Shown one piece after another: positions 46,155 to 61,145 of a stretch of 64,000 nt of DNA. Position 1 is the stretch's first letter. The number at the start of each line of letters is the position of its first letter. Where the stretch lies: positions 1,426,001 through 1,490,000 of the forward strand of contig JADEYG010000003.1 in NCBI GenBank assembly GCA_016906335.1, read 5' to 3'. The notes under the pieces are model-generated. The model did not search any database, was not told where the DNA came from, and worked only from the letters and a program-made list of their open reading frames with translations. Position numbers and translations under genes: made by a program. The stretch comes from Novakomyces olei. Taxonomy: Eukaryota.

Positions 46155-49007
46155 ATGGCTGATTCTCTGGAAGAGAGGATCAACGAGGTGGTACGCGGGC
46201 ATGCTGATGAGAACGAGATCAGTGTAGAGCGTTTGGCACCAGTAATATCTTTGGCGGTGAGTAATGGCCAAGAGAATGATATCTTGCGGCAGTTGGACGG
46301 AATAATCAAGGAGACGGAAGGCGATGTGGAAACGTTGTGCGACGAGTTTTATGAAGTAGGGAATTGAATGTTTTATGCGGAAACTAACCTGCCCAAGAAA
46401 TATGTAGATGCACTGGACCAAGTTCTGGAAAATCGACAAAAGATGAGTGCTGTTCGCAAGCATTTGCGCGGTATCACAACCAAAATATTCGAGACTGGAG
46501 ACGTTTTCAAGTCAAGGGTGAGTTTGAGTCCAAGTAGAAATCGGTACACCGATTATGTTTTTTTCCTTGTTTATTTTTATATATTTTTATATATTTTTAT
46601 ATATTTTTATATATTTTTATATATTTTTATATATTTTTATATATTTTTATATATTTTTATATATTTTTATATATTTTTATATATTTTTATATATTTTTAT
46701 ATATTTTTATATATTTTTATATATTTTATTTTTATATATTTTTATATATTTTTATATTTAATTGTTTTATTTTTAATATTTTAAAATTTTAAAATTTTTA
46801 AATTTTGAATTTTGAATTTTCAAATTGATTGCTATTTAAATTTTAAATTTTATTGTTTTATTGTTTTAGTTTTACTGTCTGAATCATATTAAATTGGACT
46901 ATTTCTAATGTTCATGTAGCATGAGGAACTGGTTCGATTTCAAAAATGCATTGCCAATATGGACGATGGGTCAGCAGAGTTGCAACGCTGCCTGGACGTA
47001 TTAAGATCAGTCAACAAAATATTAGTATTTATAGATAAGCGACAACACTATGCTGCGTTAAAAGCCTTGGACGAGTTATGGGCTACGAGCTTTGGTGAAG
47101 TGAATTACTATACCTTTGAACAGGACATCAAGAATTCGGTTCCCGCCATGAAGCGGCTGATTCAGGATGCAGTACAGAAAGATATAAGTGAATGGTTACT
47201 TTATGCACGAGAGAGCTCTCAGCTAGTCGGCCATGTGCAAATGGTGATGACGCAACGAAGGCGAGAGCTTTGGCGGCAGCGCAGACTTAAAAATAAAAGT
47301 CTTAGGGATGCAAAGTTTAATGGTGCTTTGGAGCTTGTTTTAGATGAAAAAATGCAATCGGATCCGTTGAACAATGACGAAGTTGTTCTCGATTTTCGTA
47401 CACTTCACGAGTGTTTACATATACAGGAACTCTTAGGTCTAAAAGAATCTTTCCGGGCAAGTTTTGAAGAGGATCGTCGTCGACAAAAAGACCTGCTCTT
47501 GATGCAGCCTATATCACTGGTCGACACGACCGAAGGCCTTTATGATTTGAGACGGCGACTTGAAAGCATTTTGGGCTTTGTGCTCATGGAGCAACGAATG
47601 CTTGAGATATTCCAGAGCTTTCGATCATCGCACGAAGTCAGTATGCTCTGGTCCTCACTGTGCCTGCGTCTGCAAGAGATGATAAAGGAGGCTCTAGCCG
47701 ACACGTCTGATATAAAGCTAATATCAAACGTCAAGTCTGAAACAATGCTATTTGTACAGTCACTCGAAATGTTTCGTGATTCTAGCGATTTGCAGAGTTT
47801 GGCTAAAATGCTTTTTGACCTGTACAGGCAGAAGCTTATTGGCCACGCTCAAATCGCAATAGAAAGAATAATTAATGAACTAAATTTTGAACGAGTCGTT
47901 GTGGACGGCATGACTGAAATGCGGAAAGTTGAATCAGAGGCAATAGTATCGGATGAGAATAAAGTGACTGGAAATCCACGGTTTCCTTGTGCTCTGCCCT
48001 ATTCCATGGCCTATGTCGACTGTTCAATTGCAATACGCAATTTTTTAAGCTCATTTTACGAGTTTCTGGATGGTGATGAAGATGACATTGTTGATTTCAA
48101 ACCAAATGAAAAGATTAAAGACGAAGCCAACTTGCTGATGACGACAATTCATGATACTTTGTCACAGAAATTAAGGTCACAAAATTTGGCACAGATAGTT
48201 CAAATTTACTTGAACCTTGAGCAGTTCCAGTATATGTGTGATGGATTTATGCTTGAATTAGTTGCTCGCTGGGCATATTACGGGGATCGCAAGAGCAATT
48301 TCGAAGCGAGGGACAAATTAGAGAAACTACAGAAAGCTGCTGAGCAAAGAGTCTTTGAGCTGATCAATTCTAAAGTTGATGATTTCTTGGAATTAGCGAA
48401 TTACGACTGGACAACAATGGAATCGCAAACTAATCCAAACTCGTACCTTTTTGAGATGATTCAATTTCTACAAGTCACTTTTAGCGAGTCCCTCAAAGAA
48501 CTGCCCACGCATTTAAAGACATTTGTTTATTTCGAAGCGTTTGATCACCTTGCTGCCTCTTTACTTCGAACTCTATTGAATGATTCTGGTCGAAAAGTCA
48601 CCGACACAGCAATTCAAAATTTCGGGATCGATGTAGCATATTTAGAGAAATTTTTGGATCAAATTGGAGACGCCAATGTTCCTAGCGCGGAGATCTTTAT
48701 GGAGCTTCGTCAGAGCATAAACCTACTTTTGTCACGCAACCCAGAAGAATATCTGAACAATGAACGACGGAACAGGGATTTCAACCGAGTGAAACCAGAA
48801 AATGCAGAAGTACTTCTGGAGAAACTATTGGCCAGTCATTCCTATATGGATTTGAACCAACAATCACGTATAAAACGGAGATCATTGGAGGCCACCTTGT
48901 CCGCGATTCGTGGGAGCAGTAAAGATGGTTCAGGGTATTCTGCTGGCGAGAAGACTCATTCAAGAAACACTAGCGGTCAAACGGTTACAGATTTCTTGCG
49001 CATGTAA
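46155..49007 (+). CDS. sec15: Exocyst subunit Sec15 (spliced)
   Basis: ERLAPVI, HYAALKALDEL, LHECLHI, EDRRRQKDL, NLAQIVQI, INSKVDDFLELANYDW, FMELRQSINLL. Confidence 0.92.
46572..46760. repeat. (ATATATTTTT)n decamer tandem repeat in a sec15 intron
   Basis: About 15 or more tandem 10-bp units. Confidence 0.95.
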
Positions 49008-49148
49008 TGGTCTATAATATGGAGTATGTATTTTTATATATGTAGTATTTGTATATACATACGTGTCTTGGCAAAGGAACAAATCAAGAAGAAACGGACG
49101 AATAAACGGATTAGAGGAGATGTATCAAATTTATGACTAAACGTGACA

Positions 49149-50568
49149 CTACTTGTTTCGTCTGTTTGACGTCGAGTCCTTGGGAAGTTCGCGCTGGTAC
49201 TCGAGAAACTCTTCGCCGCCCATAAAAGGCCGAAGCACTTCGGGCACCCATACACCAGCTTTACCCTCCGGCCCATTTTCAGTTTGGTAATTTTCTAAAA
49301 TACAGCAAATGGCCCGCTGAGTGGCACAGAGGGTCGCATTCAAACAGTGAACAAATTTCTTCTCTCGATCACCCATTTTCTTTGCACCGCACCGAATATT
49401 GAGACGACGTGACTGGTAATCCGTACAATTAGAAGCAGAAACAAGTTCCTTGTACTCGTTTTGAAAGGGGAACCAGGCTTCCAAATCGTACTTTTTCGCT
49501 GCTGCATTGTTTAGTGCTCCAGAGACAATAGCAACAATGCGATAAGGAAGCTGAAGAGACTGATAAAACTCTTCAGCACATTTAATCATCTCCTCTAATG
49601 CATCCCAAGACTTTTCCGGCTCTGTGATTACAAATTGCTCAATTTTCTCAAACGAATGTACCCGAAAGATTCCCCAAGCGTCCTTGCCATGCGACCCGGC
49701 TTCACGACGGTAACAGGTACTGAAGCCAGCATACTTTAAAGGCAGATCCTCACTCGGTTTAGAGAACCATTCGTCAGAATGGTAAGCAGAGATAGGCTGT
49801 TCGCTAGTAGCAATCAAGTACTTTTCATCGCTTCCATCTACAACCTTGTACAATTCCTCATCAAACTGTTCCAGCTGAGCCGTTTTAGCCATCACGTCTT
49901 TATTTATCATTTGTGGTGTCTGAAGGGCAATGAAACCGCGTTTGCGTAGAAAGTTTAGGCCGTAATTAATAACAGCCTGGTTCAAAAACACGCCGTTATT
50001 TCGCAGGAAATATCCACGGTGCCCGGCTATTTTGACTCCGCGCTCTGGATCGTAGCCGTCCAGGCGCAGTAGCACTTCGTGATGAGAGAGGCAATTCTCT
50101 TTACGCTCAGTCGCAGGTCCACCAGCGGGCGACCATTTGCGTACAACTGCATTATTCTCTTCGTCCATCGAAACAGGAACAGAATCATGTACTAAATTGC
50201 CCACACTACTGACTTTAGCCATCATTGCACTGTGCTGCTCCTTTTCGACCTGCAGTAGATGCTCTTTTTGCTTTTCAAGGTTCACCTTCACCTCTAATTC
50301 TGGCGCGGGATCCTGCTTGTTGCGATACTTGAGCCCGAGTGCTTTCTGGTTTGCATTGATGCCCTTGTTTGTCGTGTCGAGCTCGAAACGGATTCGTACC
50401 CAATCCTTGTACATGTTAACTATCTCATCGACCACCTCGACGGGTGCACCACGCCGGCGCTGTGATTCGCGAATAAGTTCGGGGTCGCCGCCCTTTTTGT
50501 TAGAGTCTTGCTCGATAGCAAAAGGAGTGTTCTACCTTGTCCGTCTGGAAAAGCTGCAGGTCCAGCAT
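49149..50568 (-). CDS. ses1: Cytoplasmic seryl-tRNA synthetase (2 exons)
   Basis: MLDLQLFQTDK|GGDPELIRESQRRR, YLIATSEQP, CYRREAGSHG, ELVSASNCTDYQSR. Confidence 0.97.
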
Positions 50569-51118
50569 CGTGAACTGCGAATTGAATGTAGTGCTCTAAA
50601 AGATCTAGTTTTTATTTTATTTTTATTTTTTTAATTTGGTATTCTAGTTTATTATATTAATTTATTATATAAAGATAAGTTCCGTCAGTATTTACATTTA
50701 GTGTGAGGATAGGACAAACTAACCCCAACAACCCCTGACTGATTCTGGCTTACTTGCCGATTTATTTATTTTTATTTTTCAGTTTTCTCGCTCTACAATA
50801 GAATTTGTTGGTCCTATATTACAGAATATTACCTATATATAACTTTATTACAGAATATTAATAAAAACTATAAAACCCCACTGATAGATATATGGCCCGA
50901 GTCTGCTTGCGAAATCAATAGTGACAAAACACAGATAAAACGAGACGAAATAAAAAATAAAAAATAAAAAATAAATTGGACCTAGTTCTTTGAGCCCTAA
51001 TCCCATCCCCGCGGCGGTACGGCAGAAAAGGTATTTACAGCCATACTATATGCGGCGCTGCCAAGTATTACGTGCAGCAGCAAACTGCCGCCTCGAGTCG
51101 CGCTGCGGTCGAGTCTCT

Positions 51119-51970
51119 ATGAGCAGTTTAGCAGTTTGGCGTCTGTGTCAAAGGCAGCAGCAGACCCCAGTTTTGCGCCACTTTCAGAGCTCTGCAGCCC
51201 ACTTTCAGAGCTCTGCAGAGCCTACGCGAAAGCCGCTTTCTGCCGATGAGAGCGAGCAAGATTCTGCTATTACAATGCTCCAGCCGGTCGATATTCCCGG
51301 GATGCAGTCTATGAAAGTGCGGTCGAGTACAGATCTGTCCAGTGTTCCACGCACTCTACAGAGGATCGCTGGGTGGTTAGCGCCCCGGCTCGGGTACCAG
51401 TCAGATGCTGTCCGCAGCAGTTTTGCCTCTCGCGAGCTGCTGTACGAATGCCTCCAGATTGGAACAAAAGACGGAAACTTGGAAGCGAGGGCCTTCTTCT
51501 ACGACGACTGCCGGCTGCCTGCAACGATGCAGACATGGTTCCAAGTAACGGCACTTCATGTATGGATGCTGATGGCTCGAATGCGCAGTCTTCCCGCTCA
51601 TCAGGCTCGACCGTACGAGCAGGAACTGGTCAATGTGTTTTTCGAAAATTGCAGTAACCGTATGCGCTACATTTTACGAATATCCAACGCCCGTGTCGTC
51701 AGCACGTACATGAAAGACTTGCACTCTCAGTTTCGGGGTATCTGCTATGCCTACGACGAAATGCTGGCAAAGAAGGACGATAGAGTGCTTGCTAGTGCCC
51801 TCTGGCGTAACCTGTTCAACGCTCAAGCTGACGTTGATTTCGAGGCTCTTGAATCTTTAGTAGAGCACGTGAGAAGTACACTCAAGGGCCTCGATGACAC
51901 TGCGGATGGCGATTTTCTGGTTGCTCGCATCTCTTTTAATAGTCCGCGGAGGATAGGCACACTGGTCTAG
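51119..51970 (+). CDS. cbp3: Ubiquinol-cytochrome c reductase chaperone Cbp3/UQCC1
   Basis: LPATMQTWFQVTALHVWML..R, YDEML, LASALWRNLF; first plausible ATG at 51119. Confidence 0.92.
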   Translation: MSSLAVWRLCQRQQQTPVLRHFQSSAAHFQSSAEPTRKPLSADESEQDSAITMLQPVDIPGMQSMKVRSSTDLSSVPRTLQRIAGWLAPRLGYQSDAVRSSFASRELLYECLQIGTKDGNLEARAFFYDDCRLPATMQTWFQVTALHVWMLMARMRSLPAHQARPYEQELVNVFFENCSNRMRYILRISNARVVSTYMKDLHSQFRGICYAYDEMLAKKDDRVLASALWRNLFNAQADVDFEALESLVEHVRSTLKGLDDTADGDFLVARISFNSPRRIGTLV

Positions 51971-52173
51971 ATGGCTCTTGCCCGCGTCTAGTGGTAATGC
52001 ACCGGGCAGCTGGACTCACAAGCAGCTGGACTCACAAAGTTTACAGTGCTAACGGAGAATAAGCATGAAAGGAAGGAACGACTTTTGCGTGAAAATGTTT
52101 GTAACGGGGCTTTTGGCTCTTCATATATCAACGTACATATAATCATTTCTCATACATATAAGCAGATTTTAAC

Positions 52174-53784
52174 TTAAACGTCCTCAAACTGCTCCTCTTC
52201 ATCATCATCATCCTCATCATCATCATTTTCGTCATCGCTATTAGCGGCTCTATTTCCATTCGGTTCCTGATCGTCAGCAAACCCTTCTTTTCTCGGCCTT
52301 TTCTCATCATGTTCCCTCGCAGAATCAGATTCGCGCTTCCGTGTCTTTTCACCACTTCCTTCTAATTTGACCTCAGCACTATCTGGCCGCTCGGACCGTG
52401 TAAATATATCATCCTCATCCCATCCACCGCCTTCCTCGTCGTTCTCTTTTTCCTGCTTTGCTCGGAGTGCTGCGTAATATGATTCAATTTCTGTACAATT
52501 AGAATGATACAGTCGCCTACTTTGAGTCGCCTACCTTCATCATGGCCAGAAGCAACTGCCCCTTTTTCTTCACCTTCAAATTTGGCTTCGTCCGCAGTTG
52601 CTGAAGCAAACTCTTGCTGCTTTGATCCCATTGTGGCCTCACCAGTAATCGTACTTTGCGTATGCCAAATGGGCATTTCATTGTTGTATGCAGACTCTCT
52701 GGCCGCTGCTGCCCCGCCTGCTCGGCCAGCGTCCTCGTCTTCCCCAAAACTGACTTCCACTGGTGGGCCGCCGGCCAGTTGCGAAGGCGCTTTCTTCTTG
52801 TTTGAATGCAGTGGAAGTTCAGCCAACGCACCAGCCTCAACCTGAGCGGGTATCATTTCCTGGAAAGCAGCCTCTGAAGTAGTTCTACAGAGTAAATTTC
52901 CATTCTGAGATAATAAAAAACCAATTAAATAGAATTAATTAAATAAAATTAATTAATAAATTAAATAATTAAAATAATTAATTAAATCGATATAATACAT
53001 AAATAAATGAATAAATTATAAAACCAGATAATATATAAACACGGGGCAAGCACTCTCATACTCGGGAACATGGATGCTATCAATTTCTTTGAGCATAACG
53101 ATAATTCGATCAATTTGCTTCATAAGTCGAGCAAGTTTATCCTGACTGAACTGGGCCTGTGCGCTTTTAGTATCGTCCTGTAGCTCTGTCCCACAATCCG
53201 CGCAAGAAAACCCTGTCGCGGTGCTAAGTGGCAGCACTTCCAGCGTCGAGTATTTACGTCCACAGTGGGGGCAAATGTAGGCCTGCTGGTCGTAATCCTA
53301 TTAGGGCGTCAGTGGCAGTGCCGCTAATTAGCAACATACGCTTCTCAGCCTGTCTTCTGTCACTTTACCGAGCCGACGCATCTTCCACTTGACGGCATCA
53401 ATGGCAGTACGAAAGTCGACATAGTAATACGTCCGTAGCATTGGCCTCTGCTGCCCAGCTTTAGTCTCCGAGCGCGTGTGCCTTGAATTAGATACTGGTC
53501 AAAGTAAATCAGATCTGTTGTCTGGTCCGGTGCTTATGGCCTACATTGTCAATAGCCGGTCTTCACGTAATTTGCCAACTATTTTCTGCAAATCTTTAAC
53601 GTTCATGCCCATCATCAAGGCCAGCTCATCGTCGCGAATCCTGAATGTGAGACTCTGTAGCATACAGGACACTCTGGCTTGTTTACGTTTTATGTTTAAG
53701 CACAGCATCCAGCGCGATAACATGACGAGGCTCGTAAAACGCCCGTACAATTGTACGAACGAAGCGTGTGACCACGTCGCTCAT
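52174..53784 (-). CDS. tfa1: TFIIE alpha subunit (multi-exon)
   Basis: VRTIVRAFY, TYYYVDFRTAIDAVKWK, YICPHCGRKYS, FSCADCG zinc ribbon, MPIWHTQSTITG, acidic tail ending FEDV. Confidence 0.92.
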
Positions 53785-53886
53785 GACCTCGAGTACTTTA
53801 GCGTTTAGCGAACGGCCCCAACGAGGTACTGGCGTCAAACCGCGTGCACTTAGGGTTTAGAGACTAATTATATTTAATATATAATA

Positions 53887-54085
<199 letters not shown>

Positions 54086-54303
54086 TGAAAAAATAAACTG
54101 AAGGGAACATTTTATTCACGGACAGACGTATGGCTTTGCAGATATATTGTATTTAGGTTTAGGTTTACTTTCCACTTTGGCAGGGCAGCCAGTTTGTCGA
54201 TATTCTTTAGCACCGATGCGATTACGTTTATTAATCAAATAAAGCAGTAAAAGTAGCTAAACACGCAAGAGTATATACACTATTCTGATCACTAGAGCAT
54301 CGG

Positions 54304-56095
54304 CTACAGGTCCTTCGACATGTACGGCCCATCGAGTCTGTAGCCCAGTTTGGCATAATAGGACCGCACACCAACGCCTGAGATAACACTGATTTTCTTG
54401 CTTCCATGCTCGTCCCGGGCAATACGCTCCGCCTCCTCCATGAGCAAAGTACCAAACCCTTGATGCTGAAACTTTTTCGGGTCCTTGGCATGCATGGGCA
54501 CAACACTACCGTACACGTGCAGCTCACGGACAAGGCTGGTCGGCTGGCCTTTCAATTCCGGACGGAAAGTGCGATCTGAGCACTTGCGTAGTCGCAAAAG
54601 GCCGACGAGAATGTCTTGTTCATTTGATTCGTAAGACAGAAAAGTCTCCCAGCCACCATTGGCCACGTAATCACGGCGCATAAGCTCTACTTGCTCTGGC
54701 CTTACTTTGTATTTTACTTCCTGTATCCCTACCTCACGTGTCCGTACATCCCGGCACTTTGTACCAAAATCTTTCATTCGTGCAAGAGCCAGTTCACGTA
54801 AATTGCCATTCTCCACGCCGGAAGAAACTAGTGGCATAGGGATATCTCGTTGAACCCGATAAATTCGTGTCCAGGGCGGAACTAGTGCCAGTATACGCGC
54901 CACTAAATCCACTAAAGCATTAGGTGTGTAACTTTTGTACCTTTTCGTGCGCCAAAGCTCGTATAATCCTGTTCCGCGGATCACTAAAGTTGGATAGATT
55001 TTCAATCCGTCTGTTCTGAATTCAGGGTTTTCAAAGTACTCTTGAAACTGTAGTAAATCCCGCTCCATCCCAACGTTGGGCAAGTCCGGCATCATATGGG
55101 ATACGACCTTGTACCCTGCATCTTTAGCCAGTTTGAATGTTTCACAAACTGCTCGCACTGTATGGCCCCGGTTCGTGTCCCGAGCAACATCTTCATACAA
55201 ACTCTGTACTCCGATCTCCAGGCGGGTACAGCCATAGCGTAACATGGCACTCAGATGCCCATCCAGACAATAGTCCGGCCTAGTTTCTATAGTTATCCCC
55301 ACGCATTTAGTGGACGCCAGTTCAGAGTAATGAACTGCCTCATCCACATCCGTAGTAGTGGCCCCGGAAAGAGCATTATGCAAATTTGCAATAAAGCTGT
55401 CCCGGTACGATTCGGGCAAGGACATAAATGTACCGCCCATAATAATATACTCAACTTTATCCACTGAATGACCGAGCTGCCGAAGCTGTTCAACTCGGCC
55501 ACGCGCTTGTTCGTAGGGATCGTAGCGTGCACGAATAGCACGCATGCTCGTCGGCTCATAGCCCGTGTAAGATTGAGTAGAGTACTCAAAATCAGAATCT
55601 GGACCGCCGGGACAGTAAACGCACACGTTGCCCGTCATAGCAATGTGGGGACAGCGATGCGGTTTACACATTACAGCGACAACCGCAATCTAGAAAATTA
55701 GACAGGGCCAAGAAAAAAAAGGAGGATAAATGAAGAAAAAAGGCAAGAAAAGAACATTATTCATATTCAATTAAATTCAACTATCAATCTCTTACCCCTG
55801 ACGCTGTCCGGACAGGCTTTGCTTTGAGTTTTGGGAGCAAGTAAGGCTTGTACTGCTCTGGGATAGCGCTGATAATATCAACCAGACGAGGCTGTGCTTC
55901 GATGCGGTACTTGCGTGAGTATTTGTTCTTTAGTCCGTTCAGGTTAACATTGACAAGCTTTCCAGAGTCGTGTGCTGCAATAAGTTCTGCCGCGATATCG
56001 GCACATGCTTTGTAGATAAGCTCGGACTAGAAGCGTTAGACGTGCCGCCAAAATCGACAACGAACCTGTGACAAAGGCCGATCCTTCGCCACCAT
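54304..56095 (-). CDS. elp3: Elongator catalytic subunit (radical SAM plus acetyltransferase), 3 exons
   Basis: [54 protein letters not shown]. Confidence 0.98.
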
Positions 56096-56353
56096 TCTGA
56101 AGGCCAAGTGTGGACTGTATCCAAATTGCAGTCTATCAAACTTTTTACCACTAAAAAAGTTGGAATAATATTTGATTTAATTATAATAATAATAGGCGTC
56201 TATCGTTATCGGTATGGCTGGCGTATCCTTGCAGATTATAATAATTAGGGTTATCGCCATTAGTTGAACGTGCAAGTAAAAAGATTAGGGTTTACTTGAT
56301 CTGCGAAAACCATATAATAATAAATACTTTGGATAAGAGCCATCGGCGGCAGT

Positions 56354-59300
56354 ATGAGCAGTCCGCGAATAATGGCGCAGCGGCGCAGCATTTCGCGGCG
56401 CCGCTCGTCGAGCGCCAGTACCCGTCCCACCGACGACGATATGACGCACGAAGATATCTTTGACGGACCCGGTCTTGGGGAAAGTGTGCCTACAAGTACG
56501 AGTTTTTTCGCTCATCGCCATTCTCACCGGGACTCGCTCTCGAGCCCGCACCGACGTGAATCGCAGTCGGAGCAGGAGTTCCGGTCTTCAATTTTTGGCG
56601 ATGGCAATTATGCAAATGGCGAAGATGAGGATGTGGACGATATCGGATCAGTGGCGAGCGAGGCTCTGTCCGTCGATGCCGTAACCGATACGGAATCGAT
56701 TGACGTGGACAATGAGCCATTGCTTCATCGTAGCATCTCTGGAGACTCGGGCAGGTCTTTTGCTACAATCGCTGGCGGATTCGGACCCAGTGGGCATGTG
56801 AGAGGATCACGGTATACGCAAAGGATCTACCTGGCAGAGGAGGATATGTTTATGTTTGTTGCCGGATACGATAACGATAAAACACGTGTTATACTTTTAC
56901 ATTTATTAGGCGTCTTGAGCCTGGGTACGGTTTTTTTGGTTATGCGCTGGTTTCCCGGGCTTTTCGTCCGGTTTGTTGGACGGCCGCAAACATTAGGACA
57001 GTGCCATTGGATCGTGGTAGAGGTATGTGAATACTGCGTAAAGTTTAGTTATTTCATTTGTAATTTATGTATATATATTTATTCATTTCTATTTACTGCA
57101 TATCTTTTTTCTTGTTCTAACTCGCAGAATCAATGGAGGGAAATTAGTATTCATCGGGTAACTGTGGCGAAATACGACAAGTACTTGTCAACTGTGTTTT
57201 CTGCCTCGGATCTTTTACGGTATAGCGATGATCCCGAGATTAATGACCCGTTTGTGGAATACCTCAGATTTGTTGATTACCGCTATTCCCGCTTTATATA
57301 TCACCCTGTGGGTAAGCGGCTAGTTCAAAATAACAATTGGAAGGATCCCACGTGGGCCAAACGTGTACGGGACGTGAAAAATGGGCTTGAAGACGAAACA
57401 CACAAGGACCGGCTCACTGTATTTGGCCGTAATATGATCGACATTGAGGAGAAATCGCTTGGAAAGCTACTTGTTGATGAAGCATTACATCCATTTTATA
57501 TATTTCAGATTCTGTCGATTGTTCTATGGTCATTTGATCAGTATTACTATTACGCCACGTGCATTTTTTTAATCTCTTTGTTTGGCGTTTTAAGCACGCT
57601 CGTGGAGACTCGACGGGTAAGTATTGATAACATTTGTATTCACAACTATTCGTATATGTCGCCATTGGCTACCTAATATGAATGATCTTCAAACTAATCT
57701 ATTTATTTAATATGATTTACAATGACTTTATGATCTATCTATCCCTGAATTTGCTAATGTTTGCCTATAGACCATGAAGAGGCTGCGAGAAATGTCAAGG
57801 TTTGTGTGCAAGGTCAGAGTTCTTCGCAGCGGATTTTGGAGTTATATAGAGTCGGATGATCTTGTACCTGGAGATATTTTTGAAATCTCAGATCCTACGC
57901 TGACAATATTTCCGTGCGATGCTCTACTTGTATCTGGAGAAGCAGTTGTTAATGAAAGCATGCTGACTGGTGAATCGATTCCTGTAAACAAATCAGCCGC
58001 CAATGACAAAGCTCTTCGTTTGCTCTATAATTCACCAGTAAACCCCTCTGCGGACCTGGCAAAGCATTATTTATATTGCGGAACGAAGATAATCCAGGTC
58101 CGGAAACCTAGCGCACGTAATAGTGAAGATGCAGCTGCAATTGCCGTTGTTACTCGGACAGGATTCAATACTACAAAGGGAGCGCTTGTGCGGTCAATGC
58201 TGTTTCCTAGGCCTATCGGGTTCAAGTTCTACCGTGATTCATTCAGGTTTATTGGTGTAATGGCCATAGTCGCTGTTTTCGGATTTATATACAGTACCAT
58301 CAATTTTATTCGGATTGGCGTAAGTGCTCTATAAATTAAAATAATCATGATTTGCTTTTTATGTTATATTGTATTATTTTATTCGTATTTCTAACCGATT
58401 GCAGACTGATTTCCGGCTCATTCTTGTACGAGCTCTTGACCTCATCACCATCGTAGTACCGCCTGCACTTCCGGCCACTCTCACGATTGGAACTAACTTT
58501 GCAATCTCAAGATTGAAAAAACATGGAATCTTTTGCATTTCTCCACAAAGGGTCAACATTGGCGGCAAAATCGATCTTATGGCTTTTGACAAGACTGGCA
58601 CTTTAACTGAAGATGGTCTTGATATCTTGGGCGTAGTACCTACAGATTCTAAGAAATCAAAATTGGCAGAAAAAGAAACAGGAATGTCTGGACTTTTACA
58701 GAAAGCTATTGGTGGAGACAGCGTGTCATTGAGTCTGATTCTGGCAATGGCGACTTGCCACACATTACGCAAAGTCGATGATGAATTAATCGGTGATCCA
58801 TTGGACGAAAAGATGTTTAAATTTACAGGCTGGGATTATGTGGATGATGATAATGATACGTACAAACTGGTACGGCCTCCAGGTCGAAAATATCCCAGTA
58901 ACTTGAGCGAGTTTGTGACCGTAAAAAGGTCGTTTGAATTTCTGTCAAAGCTAAGGCGTATGGCCGTTATTGTAAATGGCAGTGATCGCAACAATTTCGA
59001 TGTTTTTGTTAAGGGCGCTCCTGAAATAATGCCAGAGATATGCAATTTAGCTTCCATGCCCAAAGATTTTTCTGATGCAGTAATGTCTTACACTCACGGA
59101 GGCTTTCGTGTAATTGCATGCGCTAGGAAAAAAATCCCGCGCAAGACTAAAGTTTTTCGGCTAAAACGTGAAGATGTTGAAAGCGACCTGGAACTCATTG
59201 GGCTTTTTGTTTTCGAAAATAAATTGAAACCGTCAACATCTGGCGTTCTAAGGGAACTGATAAACGCCGACATACGGACCGTAATGTGTAGCGGTGATAA

Positions 59301-61145
59301 CATTTTGACTGCTATCAGCGTTGCTCGCGAGTGTGGAATGATACAGCAAGATTCTCGAGTATATGTGCCGTCTTTTGAGGGTAAGAAAAATTCAACAATT
59401 AAATTAAGTTGACTTGATTTGACATTTGTTTCCTCTTTTATTACAACATAAACTAACAATGATCTTTTTGGATATATCAAGAATACGACTGTGATGGATT
59501 AAAAAAGAAAATTATTCGCTGGGAAGATGTCGACAATCCTTCTTTTATTCTTGATTCTCGTACTTTACTTCAAGTTCCTTCAAGGGATCTCGAGTCTAGT
59601 AAGGATGGCGGACCTTATTGTTTGGCGGTTACTGGCGACGTTTTCCGATATATTGTAGAATTTACTCCAATGGAAACACTGTGCAAGGTAATTCTTCAAC
59701 ATTTTCTCACTTTTAATGCTTATACCGGTTTACAATTTGTTTTTGTTATTATGCTCTTTTTTGTTCAATAATTACACTAAATTTTTGTATATTTTAATAA
59801 TATATACATTGTGCTTTTTAAATTAGCCTAAAGCTAATGCACAGATTCTCTATATGGGCGTAGTATACGCACGGATGTCTCCAGACGAAAAACATGAGCT
59901 AGTTGAAAGGCTACAAGCTCTAAATTATACTGTCGGATTCTGCGGCGACGGTGCTAATGATTGCGGTGCATTAACTGCTGCTGATGTCGGCATTTCCTTA
60001 TCTGAGGCGGAAGCATCTGTGGCTGCTCCATTTACGAGCAGGAAATTTGATATCTCTTGTGTTCTTAACGTTATCAAGTACGTAAATATCGCAATGTGTA
60101 GACATATATGGCTTGATTATTTACAAATTTTCTCTTTCTTTTTAGCTGTTTTTTAAACATCAATCTAACGCCTACTTTATTTTCAGAGACGGACGGGCTG
60201 CGCTAGTAACAAGTTTTAGCTGCTTTCAGTATATGGCTCTTTATTCCTCGGTTCAATTCACGACAGTCAGCATTTTGTATACGTTCGGTTCTAATCTTGG
60301 AGACTTTCAATTTCTCTTCATCGATTTGTTCTTGATATTGCCTATAGCAGTCTTCAGTAAGAATGGCGTTAAATCGCTTGTCACAAAATCCTATGCTAAC
60401 CTTCATTAGTGGGCCAATCTGGTCCTTACCATCGGCTGTCTCGCGAAAAGCCGACCTCAAGTCTTGTTTCCAGAGATGTTATTGGATCTTTGATTGGCCA
60501 TATATTGCTCATTGTTTCATCGCAAATCATGCTTTGGTTTGTCTCGACTTTGCAGCCATGGTGAGTTCTTTTATCTATACTACAAAATTCTGGTTCTAGA
60601 GTTTCAAAAGCATTCTAACATTGGTGAAACAAACAGGGCTCAACGGCCACATCCGGGGCGGTCCGAAAGCGATATCGAAAATACGGATAACACTGTACTT
60701 TTTATTTACTCGTGCTTTCAGTATATTTTGCTTGCTATTATTTTAAGTGTTGGCCCTCCATTCAGACAGCCAATGTACAAAAATGGTATGCTCACAATCA
60801 TTATAAACTAGTTTTTGGGCGTTGCTAACAAGGTTTAAAGTCCCATTTATCGCATGTATACTTGTTCTACTTTTGTTCAACGTTTACATCCTTTTGAAGC
60901 CAGCGCGACCGATCGCTAAAATTCTGCAACTGACTTTTCTGTCTTTACCTTTCAAATACACAATTATTGCCTTTGGTCTTGGCTACTTTGCCTTGAGCTG
61001 GATTGGTAGCACGACAGTGTTTGTCCCGGTGTCTGATATCATTGTACACACAGTTCGCCGTTTGTTCAAGCTGGAAAGTCTCTCGACTTTAAAGCGTTAC
61101 GAATTAGTAGAAAGACAATTGAAGTTTGAATATGAAAATGCCTGA
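56354..61145 (+). CDS. ypk9: P5B-type cation/polyamine-transporting ATPase (multi-exon)
   Basis: [58 protein letters not shown]. Confidence 0.93.

Noticed and set aside
46368-46784. FIYFY-repeat ORFs, and the poly-I/L ORF at 53874-54119
   Set aside because: These are translations of simple repeats.
57617-57770. Possible intronic C/D snoRNA in ypk9
   Set aside because: A CTGA is present but there is no clean box C, terminal stem or convincing rRNA guide.
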